Source: Micavibrio sp.
GTDB lineage: Bacteria; Patescibacteriota; Minisyncoccia; Moranbacterales; GCA-2747515
Direction of reading: 5' to 3'
NCBI GenBank assembly: GCA_020718085.1
Contig: DYDB01000005.1
Span: 4,109-68,108, forward strand
DNA length: 64,000 nt
Both the position numbers and the translations under genes were made by a program. The notes below the pieces were generated by a model, which saw only the letters and a program-made list of their open reading frames with translations, was not told the DNA's origin and made no database searches. Below, piece by piece: positions 17,696-28,011 of this stretch. How positions within the stretch are numbered: the stretch's first letter is position 1; every line of letters begins with the position of its first letter.

Positions 17696-20317
17696 CTACC
17701 CCGAACAACTCACGCACACATTCTCACTTTTTTGTACTTCCCCGGACAAACTACGCACATAATACACCGTTTTGATCTTTTTTTGCCATGCATGCATATA
17801 ATAATCATACAATTGTTTTGGGCTCGTGCGCGCAGGATTGATCATCCACTCAAAACTGATTGACTGATCCACCCACTGATAGATCACGCTCATCATATCG
17901 ATCACTTCCGTCATATCCATTGATACATATTCTTTGTAGTACCAATAATTTTCCTTATTTAGTTTTGGTGCAACACGCACGGTCGGTGCAGAGAGATTTG
18001 TTTCCACAAAATATCTCTTGTAAATAGGTAACAGTGCAGCTGTTGTTCCCACAACTCCCGCAGTTGATGTATTTGGTGCCGGAGCTGTATGATATCCAAA
18101 CCGTAAGCCTGTTTTTTTCATATCCGCAAAAAGTGATTTCCATTTCTCGCCTCGCTTTGTGTTTTTGACATACCATGCCTGTTTGCGACCCAAAAGAATG
18201 CCTTTGCTATATTCACTCCCTGAAAAAAGCTCATATGCACCACGCTCCTTAGCCAGATTTGCTGACGTGCGGTATGTATAATATGTATATTTTTCAAACA
18301 AAACGTTCACTGCATCACGCGCCTTTTGTGTCTCATATGCAATCTTACGTGTAGCCAAGTATTCTGCAAGTCCCAAAAAACCCAATCCCACACTACGATA
18401 TCTCATTGCTGTACGCTCCGCCTCTTGAATGGGATAGTAGTTGAGCGTGATCACATTATCCAATACGCGCATCACTGTCGGCACTACATCCGCAATCGTT
18501 TTTTCATCATAAACTTTTGCCACATTGATCGATGCCAAGTTACAAACAACAAAATCTCCAGGTTCGTATCGAATCACAATTTTTCCATCCTCGATCTTTT
18601 CCTCAATGAACTTTGACGGCGATGTATTCTGACAGATCTCTGTGCACAGTTGTGAGCTATAAATATTTCCTGCATGCTTATTTGGATTAACGGCATTGAT
18701 CGTATCACGGAAAAATGTATACGGCATGCCCGTTTCTACAGTTGCCTTGAGAAATTTTTTGAACAACTCTTTTGCATCCACCGTCTTTTTCAGTGAAAAA
18801 TCCTCTTTTTCCAATTTCTCATAAAATATATCGAAGTCTTTTCCAAAACAATCTTGTAATTTCTTGCCATGCTTTTTTTGAATTTCATATGGATCAAATA
18901 ATGTCCATTTTCCATTTTCTTGCACACGTCGCATGAAAAGATCAGGCACAGAAATTGCCGGAAAAATATCAAATGCTTTTGCACGAATGTCTCCCGTTTC
19001 TGTCTGCAGATCCAAAAAATCATAAATATCCGCGTGCCACACATCCAGCGTTACTGAAATTGCACCAAGACGCGATCCTAACTGATTTACCGCAATTGCC
19101 GTATCGTTGATAATTTTGACCCATGGATTTACCCCGCCTGATGAACCATATACACCACGAATCGCACTTCCACGTGCGCGAATATTACCCATATACACAC
19201 CCACACCCCCACCAAACTTTGAAATTTGCGCCATATTTTCAAAACTGTGATAGATCGCCCGCAGATCGTCATCCACATTTGCCTTGAAGCAGCTGGAGAG
19301 TTGATGATAATTTGTGCGTGCATTTAGCAATGTTGGTGTTGGCAATGATATGCGTTGCTGTGAACAGTGTTCGTAGATCTTAAATGCAAACTTTAAACGA
19401 TCCTCATCTTTTTCCGGAATTGCCAAAAAAAGTGCAACGGACATGTACATCTCCTGTGGCAATTCACGTATTACACCATTTGGATTGAGCAAATATCGCT
19501 TGTCCAAAGACAATACCGTCGTATATTCATACGACTTATCTGTGTCTTCGGAGAGAAGTTTTCCCGCTTCCAAAATATCTTTCTCAGAATAATATTTATA
19601 AAAATCCTTATAATACAAACCCTCCTCAATATACATGTCAAAAAGATCTTTATATGCTTGTGGTGTATAAAGTTCTTTCATTGTCATTTTACGATTACGT
19701 GTCGCCTTTTTATAGAGATTGCTCACAAAAACGCGTGCCGCAACATGTTGCCAGTGCGTATTTTCCACACTTACAAGATCAATGCATGTTTTAACAATGA
19801 GCTTATTAATATCAGACGTTTTTATATCCTCCACAATGTTCTTTTTGAATGCTTCCACAAATTCTTTAAATTTGCATTCTCTCCTATATCCAATCGTCGC
19901 ACGGTCAAAGACCTTTTTAATTTTATCAATATTAAAGGATTCTTTTTTACCATGATCTTTAATTACTTTCAACGTTTGGTGTTCAAATTGTTCTATGAGC
20001 AATTGTTCTTTTTTGGCACGATCTTCACTCCTCTCCGCTCGATACAAGATATACGCCTTAACCACCTCGTATTTGTTTACACGCACCAAATGTCGCTCTA
20101 CGATATCCTGCACTTCTTCCACCGTGATAATTGATTCGCATTGTTCCTCGCTATATACAAAATTGATTTCTTGCATAATGTCATCTGCAAGCGTCACAAT
20201 AAATGATTTATCACGCTCTCCCACTTCATCGCATGCTTTCTCTATCGCCCGTTCGATCCTGGCACGATCAAACGCAACGATCTTTTTATTGCGCTTTTCA
20301 ATTTTTGTTATTGTCAT
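17696..20317 (-). CDS. nrdA: Ribonucleotide reductase class I alpha subunit with two ATP-cones
   Basis: PTPTLLNA, QLSSC, SQLCTEI, CNLASIN, APNTST, C-terminal CVSCSG. Confidence 0.95.
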   Translation of the reverse strand: MTITKIEKRNKKIVAFDRARIERAIEKACDEVGERDKSFIVTLADDIMQEINFVYSEEQCESIITVEEVQDIVERHLVRVNKYEVVKAYILYRAERSEDRAKKEQLLIEQFEHQTLKVIKDHGKKESFNIDKIKKVFDRATIGYRRECKFKEFVEAFKKNIVEDIKTSDINKLIVKTCIDLVSVENTHWQHVAARVFVSNLYKKATRNRKMTMKELYTPQAYKDLFDMYIEEGLYYKDFYKYYSEKDILEAGKLLSEDTDKSYEYTTVLSLDKRYLLNPNGVIRELPQEMYMSVALFLAIPEKDEDRLKFAFKIYEHCSQQRISLPTPTLLNARTNYHQLSSCFKANVDDDLRAIYHSFENMAQISKFGGGVGVYMGNIRARGSAIRGVYGSSGGVNPWVKIINDTAIAVNQLGSRLGAISVTLDVWHADIYDFLDLQTETGDIRAKAFDIFPAISVPDLFMRRVQENGKWTLFDPYEIQKKHGKKLQDCFGKDFDIFYEKLEKEDFSLKKTVDAKELFKKFLKATVETGMPYTFFRDTINAVNPNKHAGNIYSSQLCTEICQNTSPSKFIEEKIEDGKIVIRYEPGDFVVCNLASINVAKVYDEKTIADVVPTVMRVLDNVITLNYYPIQEAERTAMRYRSVGLGFLGLAEYLATRKIAYETQKARDAVNVLFEKYTYYTYRTSANLAKERGAYELFSGSEYSKGILLGRKQAWYVKNTKRGEKWKSLFADMKKTGLRFGYHTAPAPNTSTAGVVGTTAALLPIYKRYFVETNLSAPTVRVAPKLNKENYWYYKEYVSMDMTEVIDMMSVIYQWVDQSISFEWMINPARTSPKQLYDYYMHAWQKKIKTVYYVRSLSGEVQKSENVCVSCSG

Positions 20318-20404
20318 ATGTTTGTGTTTAAGGGTCAAAATAAGAGGTAACTATTCAAAGACGAACAGATACCCCCCATATGGCTCGTAAAGATTCTCTA
20401 AAAT

Positions 20405-21040
20405 TTAGATCTTTCCTACAAGGTTTATACCCGGCTTGAGAGTTTTATCCCCCGGCACCCATCTCGCAGGACAGACCTGACCTTTGTGTGTTTCCACAAA
20501 TTGTGCCGCTTGGATCTTTCGCACAAGCTCTTGTGCATTACGTCCGATGCTATTGTCATGCACCTCCATTGCTTTTAGCTCACCTTTTGGATTGATAATA
20601 AATGTTCCGCGAAGTGCAAGTCCTTCCTGTTCAATATATACACCAAAATCACGCGACAATTGACCGGTAGGATCTGCAGCCATTGGGAAAGACACTTTTT
20701 TGATCGCTTCTGATGTATCGTGCCATGCTTTGTGTGTGAAAACCGTATCTGTTGACACACTTACCACTTCCACGCCCATTTTTTTGAGTTGTGCATATAC
20801 AGCTGCCAAGTCCTCCAATTCTGTCGGACAGACAAATGTAAAATCTGCAGGGTAGAAAAACAATACGAGCCACGAGCTTTTGTTTAGTTTTGATAAAGAT
20901 GTTCTTGTAAATTTGTTGTTGTGATAAATCTCAAATTCACGATCAAAAACCACTTCACCAATTACCGGTTGACGATTGAAACATTCGCATGCATCATCAT
21001 AGTCATAGATCATTTCTTCCTCTGAACAACATGTATTCAT
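20405..21040 (-). CDS. ahpC: 2-Cys peroxiredoxin
   Basis: FFYPADFTFVCPTEL and QVCPARW. Confidence 0.93.
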   Translation of the reverse strand: MNTCCSEEEMIYDYDDACECFNRQPVIGEVVFDREFEIYHNNKFTRTSLSKLNKSSWLVLFFYPADFTFVCPTELEDLAAVYAQLKKMGVEVVSVSTDTVFTHKAWHDTSEAIKKVSFPMAADPTGQLSRDFGVYIEQEGLALRGTFIINPKGELKAMEVHDNSIGRNAQELVRKIQAAQFVETHKGQVCPARWVPGDKTLKPGINLVGKI

Positions 21041-21178
21041 ATGTTTTAATATTACTACTTAGGATTTATAATTGTAGCACCTCACAGTTCAACGTCAATG
21101 CCACTATTGGTGTTGTTACAAAACAAAAAAGCACATCATATTGTGCTTTTTCTTGTTCTTGTGATTTTTGCAGCATAT

Positions 21179-22003
21179 TTACATATGAAAAAGCGCCATC
21201 GCATTTTCTGTTGTTTTTTGCAATACAACGTCAATTGAAACACCTTTGACATCAGCAATTTTTTTGGCCACATAAAACACATCGCACGGTTCACATCGCT
21301 GGTCTCGCGGCAATGGTCGCGGTGGCAAATAGGGACAATCCGTCTCAATTAAGATGTCTTGCAAATCAATATTTCGCAACAATTTATCATATGATTCACC
21401 ATATGTCACGATCCCATTCACACCAATCTTATACCCCATTGTGATGAACTTTTCCGCATTTTTCCAACTTCCGATATAGCTGTGGATGACACCTCGTTTT
21501 TCCACAACATTTTTCTCTAAAATAGTCACTAATTCATCATACCCATCCCAACAATGCACAACGATCGGTTTGCTCACCACATTACATATATTGATGAATT
21601 CTTTGAGAACCTCTCGCTGTTTTTCTTTGATCACCTCCACAGGATCTCCTTCACCAAAGTGGTGATAATCCAATCCGACCTCCCCAATTGCCACCACCTT
21701 GTCATCCTGTGCCAAATGAAAATAAAATTCACGGTCAAATTCTTCGATAAATTGATCTTCCGGCTCACAATTTTTTGCAGAAAACAAATGCAAAGGGTGC
21801 ATGCCGACTGTAGCAAAAATATCTTCCTCCACATGAGCCAGATCAATCGCCTCTTTTGATGTATGCTGATTTGTGCCTACCGTGATCATTCGCGTCATAC
21901 CAGCATTTTGCGCTCTCTGCACAACATCTGCGCGATCACTCTCAAAACGTGGATCATGTAAGTGTGTGTGTGAATCGATCATTGGTGTTTTTTTCTCATT
22001 CAT
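21179..22003 (-). CDS. tatD: TatD family DNase
   Basis: IDSHTH, GMHP, AIGEVGLDY, IETDCPYL. Confidence 0.92.
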   Translation of the reverse strand: MNEKKTPMIDSHTHLHDPRFESDRADVVQRAQNAGMTRMITVGTNQHTSKEAIDLAHVEEDIFATVGMHPLHLFSAKNCEPEDQFIEEFDREFYFHLAQDDKVVAIGEVGLDYHHFGEGDPVEVIKEKQREVLKEFINICNVVSKPIVVHCWDGYDELVTILEKNVVEKRGVIHSYIGSWKNAEKFITMGYKIGVNGIVTYGESYDKLLRNIDLQDILIETDCPYLPPRPLPRDQRCEPCDVFYVAKKIADVKGVSIDVVLQKTTENAMALFHM

Positions 22004-22517
22004 ATTTTTTCAATAATAGATCGCTGTAAGACACTGAGACCAAATCCTCATCTACAATGCCAAATAAGTCAAGATAAAATTGGCACTGCTCCAATAATTT
22101 TTCCTTCCCGATGCTTCCATCGTCGTCGATTGCCTCTATTTCCACAAATGTTCCCAAATTCTCAACCACATCAATATGAAATTTCACATTATCAATGAAA
22201 TAAATCTCCCGTTTTTTGTCCACCACAACTAAAACACCACATGCTTTTGTCAAAATGTCTTTAAGAGTTGATTTTGGTTCGGATTCAAAAAGTGTGATAT
22301 CTGATCGTTTCGGACCTGACACATTTTCCCTCGTATAATGTATGAGCTTATTTTCTATATTTCCCTCTCGCAATTTTAACCTTCCGTCACCAACCTTAAA
22401 ATATGTGTCGATTTGATGATCTATACCTTTAAAATCAGCGTTTTTTGACTTCAAAATCTCTCTTACACGATCTTGATCATGTGATCGTGCCTTGATCTCT
22501 ATGTTGAGATGCTTCAT
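21996..22517 (-). CDS. CYTH domain / class IV adenylate cyclase
   Basis: NIEIKAR, QIDTYF, LKLRE, LGTFVEIE, SYSDLL. Confidence 0.85.
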   Translation of the reverse strand: MKHLNIEIKARSHDQDRVREILKSKNADFKGIDHQIDTYFKVGDGRLKLREGNIENKLIHYTRENVSGPKRSDITLFESEPKSTLKDILTKACGVLVVVDKKREIYFIDNVKFHIDVVENLGTFVEIEAIDDDGSIGKEKLLEQCQFYLDLFGIVDEDLVSVSYSDLLLKKYE

Positions 22518-22529
22518 ATTTTTTTATAA

Positions 22530-23060
22530 TTACATTACACTTTTTTGCCACTTATGCAGTTCATCATATATGTCATCTTTCCATTCTTGTGGCTTGTAAT
22601 GAAAGATCATTTCAGCTGTCTTTACACAGTGATCCGTCAATTCTTTTGTATTATTTTGTGCCACATACCACCTAAAACTATCGATGATATCTGCCGTTTT
22701 GACGATCAGAGCTTCGTTTCCGCACATAACACACCGTGCGATCATATCATCAACAACATTATTACTATCGCGATCTTTTGTATTTGCGAGAACAATCGAT
22801 AACACCCACTCACCAAATATATCTTTAATTGCATTAGTAGACATATCTTCCCATTCAACGGTATCATGTAAAAATCCCCCAATAACAACTTCTTTTGCGT
22901 ATCCTCGATCATACAAATACATCCCCACACGCATTGCATGCATCAATCGTGGTTTGCGACTATCGCTTTCCGCAAGTGCTACATTTTTTGCCAAAAATTT
23001 TATTGCTTTTTCACACGCAATATCAGTTGTAACATCCATATTTTGATATAAACAAATCAT
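22530..23060 (-). CDS. HD-domain hydrolase (Mesh1/small alarmone hydrolase-like)
   Basis: P.LMHAMRV, GFLHDTVE, VKTAD. Confidence 0.7.
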   Translation of the reverse strand: MICLYQNMDVTTDIACEKAIKFLAKNVALAESDSRKPRLMHAMRVGMYLYDRGYAKEVVIGGFLHDTVEWEDMSTNAIKDIFGEWVLSIVLANTKDRDSNNVVDDMIARCVMCGNEALIVKTADIIDSFRWYVAQNNTKELTDHCVKTAEMIFHYKPQEWKDDIYDELHKWQKSVM

Positions 23061-23773
23061 TATTTTTTCATTGCTTGATTCTTCATTTTCTGGGGCATTT
23101 TCTCGATCGCATAGCGTAGTGCCGTACGTGGCATCCTTTCTTTATTCTTCATTACATATGCAAAAACTTCTTTTTGATGTGCTTCGCTTGCCACTTTGAG
23201 CATCCACCCATATCCTTTTTGTACCATATCATCGTCATCCATCAAAAGCATACCAGCAATCTCAAAGATCTCATTGAGAAATAATCCTTTTCGTGCTGGA
23301 ACAATTAAGGTGACTGCTGCCGCACGACGCACCCAACGATTTTTGGAACGCACCCACTTTTTGAGATAAGTAATATGTTTTGGATACATTTCCACAACTG
23401 TGCCAACTGTATGATTACACAACGTGTCACACATCGCCCAGTTGGTCACATAATTTTTTACCCACTTTTCAAATATACGAAAATCTCCGGATGTGTAATT
23501 TTTGCGCATTGCGTATGACCACGTACATGCAATACTCGCTTCCTCCATATATCCCGACTGCCACAATTCTTCACAGAGATCAAATATCTCCCTCTTTGAC
23601 AAATGTGCAATTTCTTTGAAGTATTTTTTGGCAATCGCAGTCACTGTAGCGGTTTTGATGCCATATAATTTCACATCTTCTTTGAAAAACCGTTCTCCAC
23701 TTTTTTTTATGACCGGATCAGCGCATTGTTTCAATTCTGCGCGCAACGCCACTAAAACCTTTTTTCTTACCAT
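23060..23773 (-). CDS. DNA alkylation repair protein (AlkD-like HEAT repeat)
   Basis: NWAMCD, NRWVRRAA, MVQKGYGWMLK, RTALRYAIEK. Confidence 0.88.
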   Translation of the reverse strand: MVRKKVLVALRAELKQCADPVIKKSGERFFKEDVKLYGIKTATVTAIAKKYFKEIAHLSKREIFDLCEELWQSGYMEEASIACTWSYAMRKNYTSGDFRIFEKWVKNYVTNWAMCDTLCNHTVGTVVEMYPKHITYLKKWVRSKNRWVRRAAAVTLIVPARKGLFLNEIFEIAGMLLMDDDDMVQKGYGWMLKVASEAHQKEVFAYVMKNKERMPRTALRYAIEKMPQKMKNQAMKK

Positions 23774-23791
23774 GATTTTTTATATAAGAAA

Positions 23792-24037
23792 TTACGCAAC
23801 GAATTGAAATCTCGGTTTTTCTGTCCCATCTATCATCACCGTCTCACAAAACATCCCTTTTGGTCGCACCCATAAGGCATTTTCCCCATATTCCGCACTG
23901 TCATAAAGTGCACGATACACCACCATTTCTTCCATCGTTTCGCTGTGTTGTGCTACACCGATCACCTCGTATAAATCTCCTTTATAATGCCGATATGTAC
24001 CAACCTTGAAGTTTTCCATAGATTTTATTTGAATCAA
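23792..24037 (-). CDS. DUF1653 family protein
   Basis: GTYRHYKG..YEV...HSET.E.VVYRALY...WVRP..MF. Confidence 0.88.
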   Translation of the reverse strand: MIQIKSMENFKVGTYRHYKGDLYEVIGVAQHSETMEEMVVYRALYDSAEYGENALWVRPKGMFCETVMIDGTEKPRFQFVA

Positions 24038-24172
24038 TATTTTTAGTATACCACTCCATTATATATTTTGCTTTAAAAAACAAAAACCGCCCTTTATCCA
24101 AAAATAAGAGCGGCTTATATTTGTTCAACGCACGTTTCCCCTGAGGGGCCATCGTCTTTCATCATTTTACAA

Positions 24173-24448
24173 TTACGAATTATTTTGTTCTGCTAGTTGC
24201 GTTTTGGACTTTTCATCCATATGGAAATAATATGTACTGATCACCGTTCCTACTGCACATCCAAAGGCATACAAGAAGACCAATTGCCAATTATCAATAT
24301 CATCCACGATCTTTTGCAGTACATAGTACCAAATAAGAATATTTACCATCGTCACTGCACCACTGGCCACAACTCTGGTTTCAACAACCATTTTGGTCCA
24401 TAGAGTAACAATGATCATTTCCACAACTCCGACAAAAAATAGCACCAT
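24173..24448 (-). CDS. Small membrane protein (DUF5698/DUF2179-like)
   Basis: Three TM segments, YAFGCAVGT. Confidence 0.65.
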   Translation of the reverse strand: MVLFFVGVVEMIIVTLWTKMVVETRVVASGAVTMVNILIWYYVLQKIVDDIDNWQLVFLYAFGCAVGTVISTYYFHMDEKSKTQLAEQNNS

Positions 24449-24722
24449 ACTGTTTTTACGTTAAATATTATGCGATTGTTAAATATCGACCTTTACACGC
24501 CATGTAAATCAAAAAACACTGACTCAATCCAATAAAAAAGCACTTTTTTTGCAAAAATGCCTATTTATGTAAGATTGTTCAAAGATTGTAGCAAAGATTA
24601 TCTCTTACGTCAATTCATAAATAAATTTAAACCAAAAGATCGTTCATTCGATCATTCATTCTTCACTCAACACCATATAGGAATGGCTCATACATCCACT
24701 TTTATAATGTCACGTTTACTTT

Positions 24723-26144
24723 TCATATCCGTCCAAAAAGAATTATGCGTTCACGTGTTTTCAACGCGCCCGTGATCTTTTCTGCTGATTCTGGCAAAAA
24801 AGGTAGCAACACATCTGCAATAACATGCAAGTCCTGCAATAGCGTAACCATGACTTCTTCAAATTTCTTCTCATCATTTTTACGCAACTCCCATGGCTTA
24901 TTGTCTTCAATAAATTTATTTGCCCGTGATACATGCTCCCAAACTTTTTCCAATGCATGATTTAATTGCATTGCACGCACATCTTCTGCAAGATCGATCT
25001 TTTCCGCTTTTTCCGCATCATACTGCAAATCTCCTGCAAGCGTAATAATGCGCGATGTGAGATTGCCCAAACCATTTGCCAGATCGGCATTGTATTTAGC
25101 TGTCATCTTGTCCCATGAAATATCATTATCCTCGCCAAAATTGCCTTTGGTAAGAAGGAGATATCGCGTACCATCCACGCCATATTTTTCCACCATTTCT
25201 TTTGGTGCGATCACATTGCCCAATGACTTGCTCATTTTTTGTCCATCCACGCCAATAAATCCATTGATGAAAACTTGTTTGCTCGTTGGCAAATCCGCCG
25301 CCATGAGCATTGCTTGCCACATTGCACTTTGTTGACGCAAATTGTCCTTTCCTGCAATTTGCACAGCATTTGGTGATTCAACAGTTCCCCAAAATTTTTC
25401 AAAGTTATCTGCATCCGTCGGCCATCCAAGCGTAGAAACATAATTTGTGAGCGCGTCAAACCACACATACATCACGTGATCATCATCACCCGGCACCGAT
25501 ACGCCCCACGGCATCTTTTCCTTGAGTCGCGAGATCGAGAAATCCTGTAATCCCCCCTCCACAAAGGATGCAATCTCATTCAGTCGTTTTTGCGGGACAA
25601 CAAATTCCGAATCTTTTTTATAAAGTACAAGAAGTTTTTCGGCAAATGCACTAAATTTGAAAAAATAGTTTTCTTCACTGATAAGCTCCAATTCTTTTCC
25701 CGGATGCAGAGGGCATTCTCCATCAACGAGCTCGCTATCAGTTTTTTCCAGTTCACAACCCACGCAATATTTTACACTATATTGTTTTTTGTAAATAAAT
25801 CCATTGGCATCCACACGACGCCACATTTCTTGTGCTGCCTTTTTGTGATGTATATCTGTTGTGCGTATAAAATGTGTATAGCTCAAATTCAAGATGTTTT
25901 TTAATTCATCGAATTTTGCCGCATATTTATCTACATATACTTGTGGATCCATTCCTTCTTCTGTGGCCTTTTGCCAGATCTTGCTCCCATGTTCATCCGT
26001 GCCAGTGTTAAAAACCACTTCATTGCCCGCATGTCGCTCAAATCGTGCACGTACGTCTGCATACACAATTTCACTGGCAAAACCCACGTGTGGTGCCGCA
26101 TTAACATATGGCAAAGTTGTCGTAATATAAAAGTTTTTGTTCAT
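24723..26144 (-). CDS. metG: Methionine--tRNA ligase
   Basis: YITTTLPYVNAAPHVG, GTDEHG, YVWFDAL, KMSKS. Confidence 0.96.
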   Translation of the reverse strand: MNKNFYITTTLPYVNAAPHVGFASEIVYADVRARFERHAGNEVVFNTGTDEHGSKIWQKATEEGMDPQVYVDKYAAKFDELKNILNLSYTHFIRTTDIHHKKAAQEMWRRVDANGFIYKKQYSVKYCVGCELEKTDSELVDGECPLHPGKELELISEENYFFKFSAFAEKLLVLYKKDSEFVVPQKRLNEIASFVEGGLQDFSISRLKEKMPWGVSVPGDDDHVMYVWFDALTNYVSTLGWPTDADNFEKFWGTVESPNAVQIAGKDNLRQQSAMWQAMLMAADLPTSKQVFINGFIGVDGQKMSKSLGNVIAPKEMVEKYGVDGTRYLLLTKGNFGEDNDISWDKMTAKYNADLANGLGNLTSRIITLAGDLQYDAEKAEKIDLAEDVRAMQLNHALEKVWEHVSRANKFIEDNKPWELRKNDEKKFEEVMVTLLQDLHVIADVLLPFLPESAEKITGALKTRERIILFGRI

Positions 26145-26221
26145 AACGGTATGAAAAGAAGGATTATATCGTCAGCATACCCGAAAAACCGCATAAAATC
26201 AAGAAAAAACCACACTATTTA

Positions 26222-26250
26222 TTGACAATATGTCAATTTAGTGCTATAAT
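26222..26250 (+). promoter_or_regulatory. Consensus sigma70 promoter with palindrome over the -35
   Basis: TTGACA-17-TATAAT with TGn; attgaca.at.atgtcaat inverted repeat. Confidence 0.7.
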
Positions 26251-26319
26251 GCAAGGTTGTTTTTTATTTTTAGTAACTTAACATTCACATAACAAATCAC
26301 CTTACAAGAGAGGTATGTC

Positions 26320-26694
26320 ATGGGTACACTTGCAATTTCTCAACTCACAGCTTTTATCATCACAACAATCAACAACACGGCCTGCAACAAAAAAGATGTT
26401 CTGCGAAGGCTTCTGAGGTTTCATCAGGGTTTTATCTCTGATGCTGAAATTATCGAGATCATCGATTTTTACAAGAGAAAATCAGTAGTTATCGAGGCCG
26501 TCTTGTCCTCTGGTGCCTTGACCGAAGCTGCTGCATATCGCATGTTACAGCTGTTTCCTACAAAGAAACACTACCGAGATCTGGTAGATAAAACCTACGG
26601 ACACGCACAAGATGCATCCAAACAGTCAAAAGACTCTTTTTTCCCACAGCATGAAAGCATGTTTGATGGGAAAATGGTCAATGCACACGCCTAA
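26320..26694 (+). CDS. Hypothetical protein
   Basis: AGAGGT SD, own promoter, terminator at ~26719-26760. Confidence 0.7.
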   Translation: MGTLAISQLTAFIITTINNTACNKKDVLRRLLRFHQGFISDAEIIEIIDFYKRKSVVIEAVLSSGALTEAAAYRMLQLFPTKKHYRDLVDKTYGHAQDASKQSKDSFFPQHESMFDGKMVNAHA

Positions 26695-26813
26695 CCACCC
26701 TTAAAGTGATCACAACACATCAGCACGGTTCATTAATTGAACTGTGCTGATTTCTTTTTTTATACGATCAAACATGCTATAGTAGAGACACATAAATATC
26801 TAAATATATACCT

Positions 26814-27149
26814 ATGGTTACACCTCGCAATGAAGCCTCTGTCCCTGCAGAACAGTCACTCTCCTCTCCTGTTGTTGCGGCAATTTCCGAACTTGCAGGA
26901 TCACTTTTGAAACTCGCTCAGGATCGCATCGCTGATCGCATTGAAGAAACAGCCAATCGCATCACACACAATGCCATCATGACATTTACCGTTGTGTTTG
27001 TCGGCATTATCGGTGGTGTGTTCGTTCTCACAGGACTCGCTCTATGGCTCGGCTCGATCACAAAACTCGGCGCATGGTTTGGACTTCTGGTTGTTGGTGT
27101 GATTTTGTTCATCATCTCACTGATCATTGGGCTTGTACGTAAAAAATAA
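26814..27149 (+). CDS. Two-TM membrane protein (YqjE/holin-like family)
   Basis: Amphipathic N-terminus, two TM helices, basic tail. Confidence 0.65.
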   Translation: MVTPRNEASVPAEQSLSSPVVAAISELAGSLLKLAQDRIADRIEETANRITHNAIMTFTVVFVGIIGGVFVLTGLALWLGSITKLGAWFGLLVVGVILFIISLIIGLVRKK

Positions 27150-27219
27150 TCTTCTCGCATATTAAAAAACTCCCATGTCATGTAGGAGTTTTTATTTTTG
27201 ACATTTCCATAAATTTTCA

Positions 27220-27317
27220 TGTCATCTGAAAAAAGCTTGCCTACCGGCAGGCAGGTTCAGAATGACAAAAGTTTACGCGGGATTGCCACGCCCGCCATAG
27301 GCGGACTTGCAATGACA
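27220..27317. repeat. REP/MITE-like palindromic element, copy 2 plus a partial unit
   Basis: tgtcat...cttgcctaccggcaggcagg...aatgaca (reverse of copy 1 core); second GC hairpin ending gcaatgaca. Confidence 0.7.
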
Positions 27318-27324
27318 CCCAGGT

Positions 27325-28008
27325 TTATTTATAGGCAATCACAACAAATTCTCCACGCACCTTATCCGCATGTTCTTCAAAATATGCCAAGACCTCTACT
27401 ACTGTGCCACGTACGATCTCTTCATGCATTTTTGTCAATTCACGTCCTACGATCACATGTATTTCTTCTTCTGATAATTCTTGAAGAAGTTGTAGATTTT
27501 TGATCACGCGATGCACACTATCATAATAAATTACCGACTCATCTGACGCGATCACTTTTTGAAAAAATGTTTGTCGTCCTTTTTTATGCGGTGGATACGC
27601 CAAAAAAAGAAATTTTTGCAGATCGATCCCCGCAACAGAAGCAATGGCTCCAAGTGCAGAAGCTCCTGGAATTGGTTCAATGCGCACACCCTGCGCAATT
27701 GCTGCTGCCACAAGTTTATTTCCCGGGTCGCTAATGCCTGGTGTACCAGCGTCTGTTACTACAGCAACATTTTTTCCATCAATGATTTCACCAATAATGT
27801 ATTGTGCCTTATCATCTGTTGTGTGCTGATGATAGGAGATGGTTTTTGTGCTGATCTCGTAATGACGCAATAATTTTATCGTCACGCGCGTATCTTCACA
27901 CGCGATAAGATCAACTTTTTTAAGCGTGTCGATCGCACGAAATGTCATGTCACTTAAATTGCCAATCGGCGTTGCCACGACATATAATGTACCGCTTATT
28001 TTTTCCAT
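27325..28008 (-). CDS. rsmI: 16S rRNA C1402 2'-O-methyltransferase
   Basis: LYVVATPIGNL, ACEDTR, DAGTPGISDPG, RELTKMHEE. Confidence 0.96.
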   Translation of the reverse strand: MEKISGTLYVVATPIGNLSDMTFRAIDTLKKVDLIACEDTRVTIKLLRHYEISTKTISYHQHTTDDKAQYIIGEIIDGKNVAVVTDAGTPGISDPGNKLVAAAIAQGVRIEPIPGASALGAIASVAGIDLQKFLFLAYPPHKKGRQTFFQKVIASDESVIYYDSVHRVIKNLQLLQELSEEEIHVIVGRELTKMHEEIVRGTVVEVLAYFEEHADKVRGEFVVIAYK

Positions 28009-28011
28009 ATA

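Noticed and set aside
17696-20317. Intein or intron in nrdA
   Set aside because: Length is explained by two ATP-cones; no splicing motifs or frame break
21102-21145. Tandem NrdR boxes upstream of ahpC-nrdAB
   Set aside because: One fair match (cacaatatgatgtg) but the second is poor; too weak without a weight matrix
24557-24775. 72-aa plus-strand ORF
   Set aside because: AT-rich, no motif, overlaps the metG 3' end
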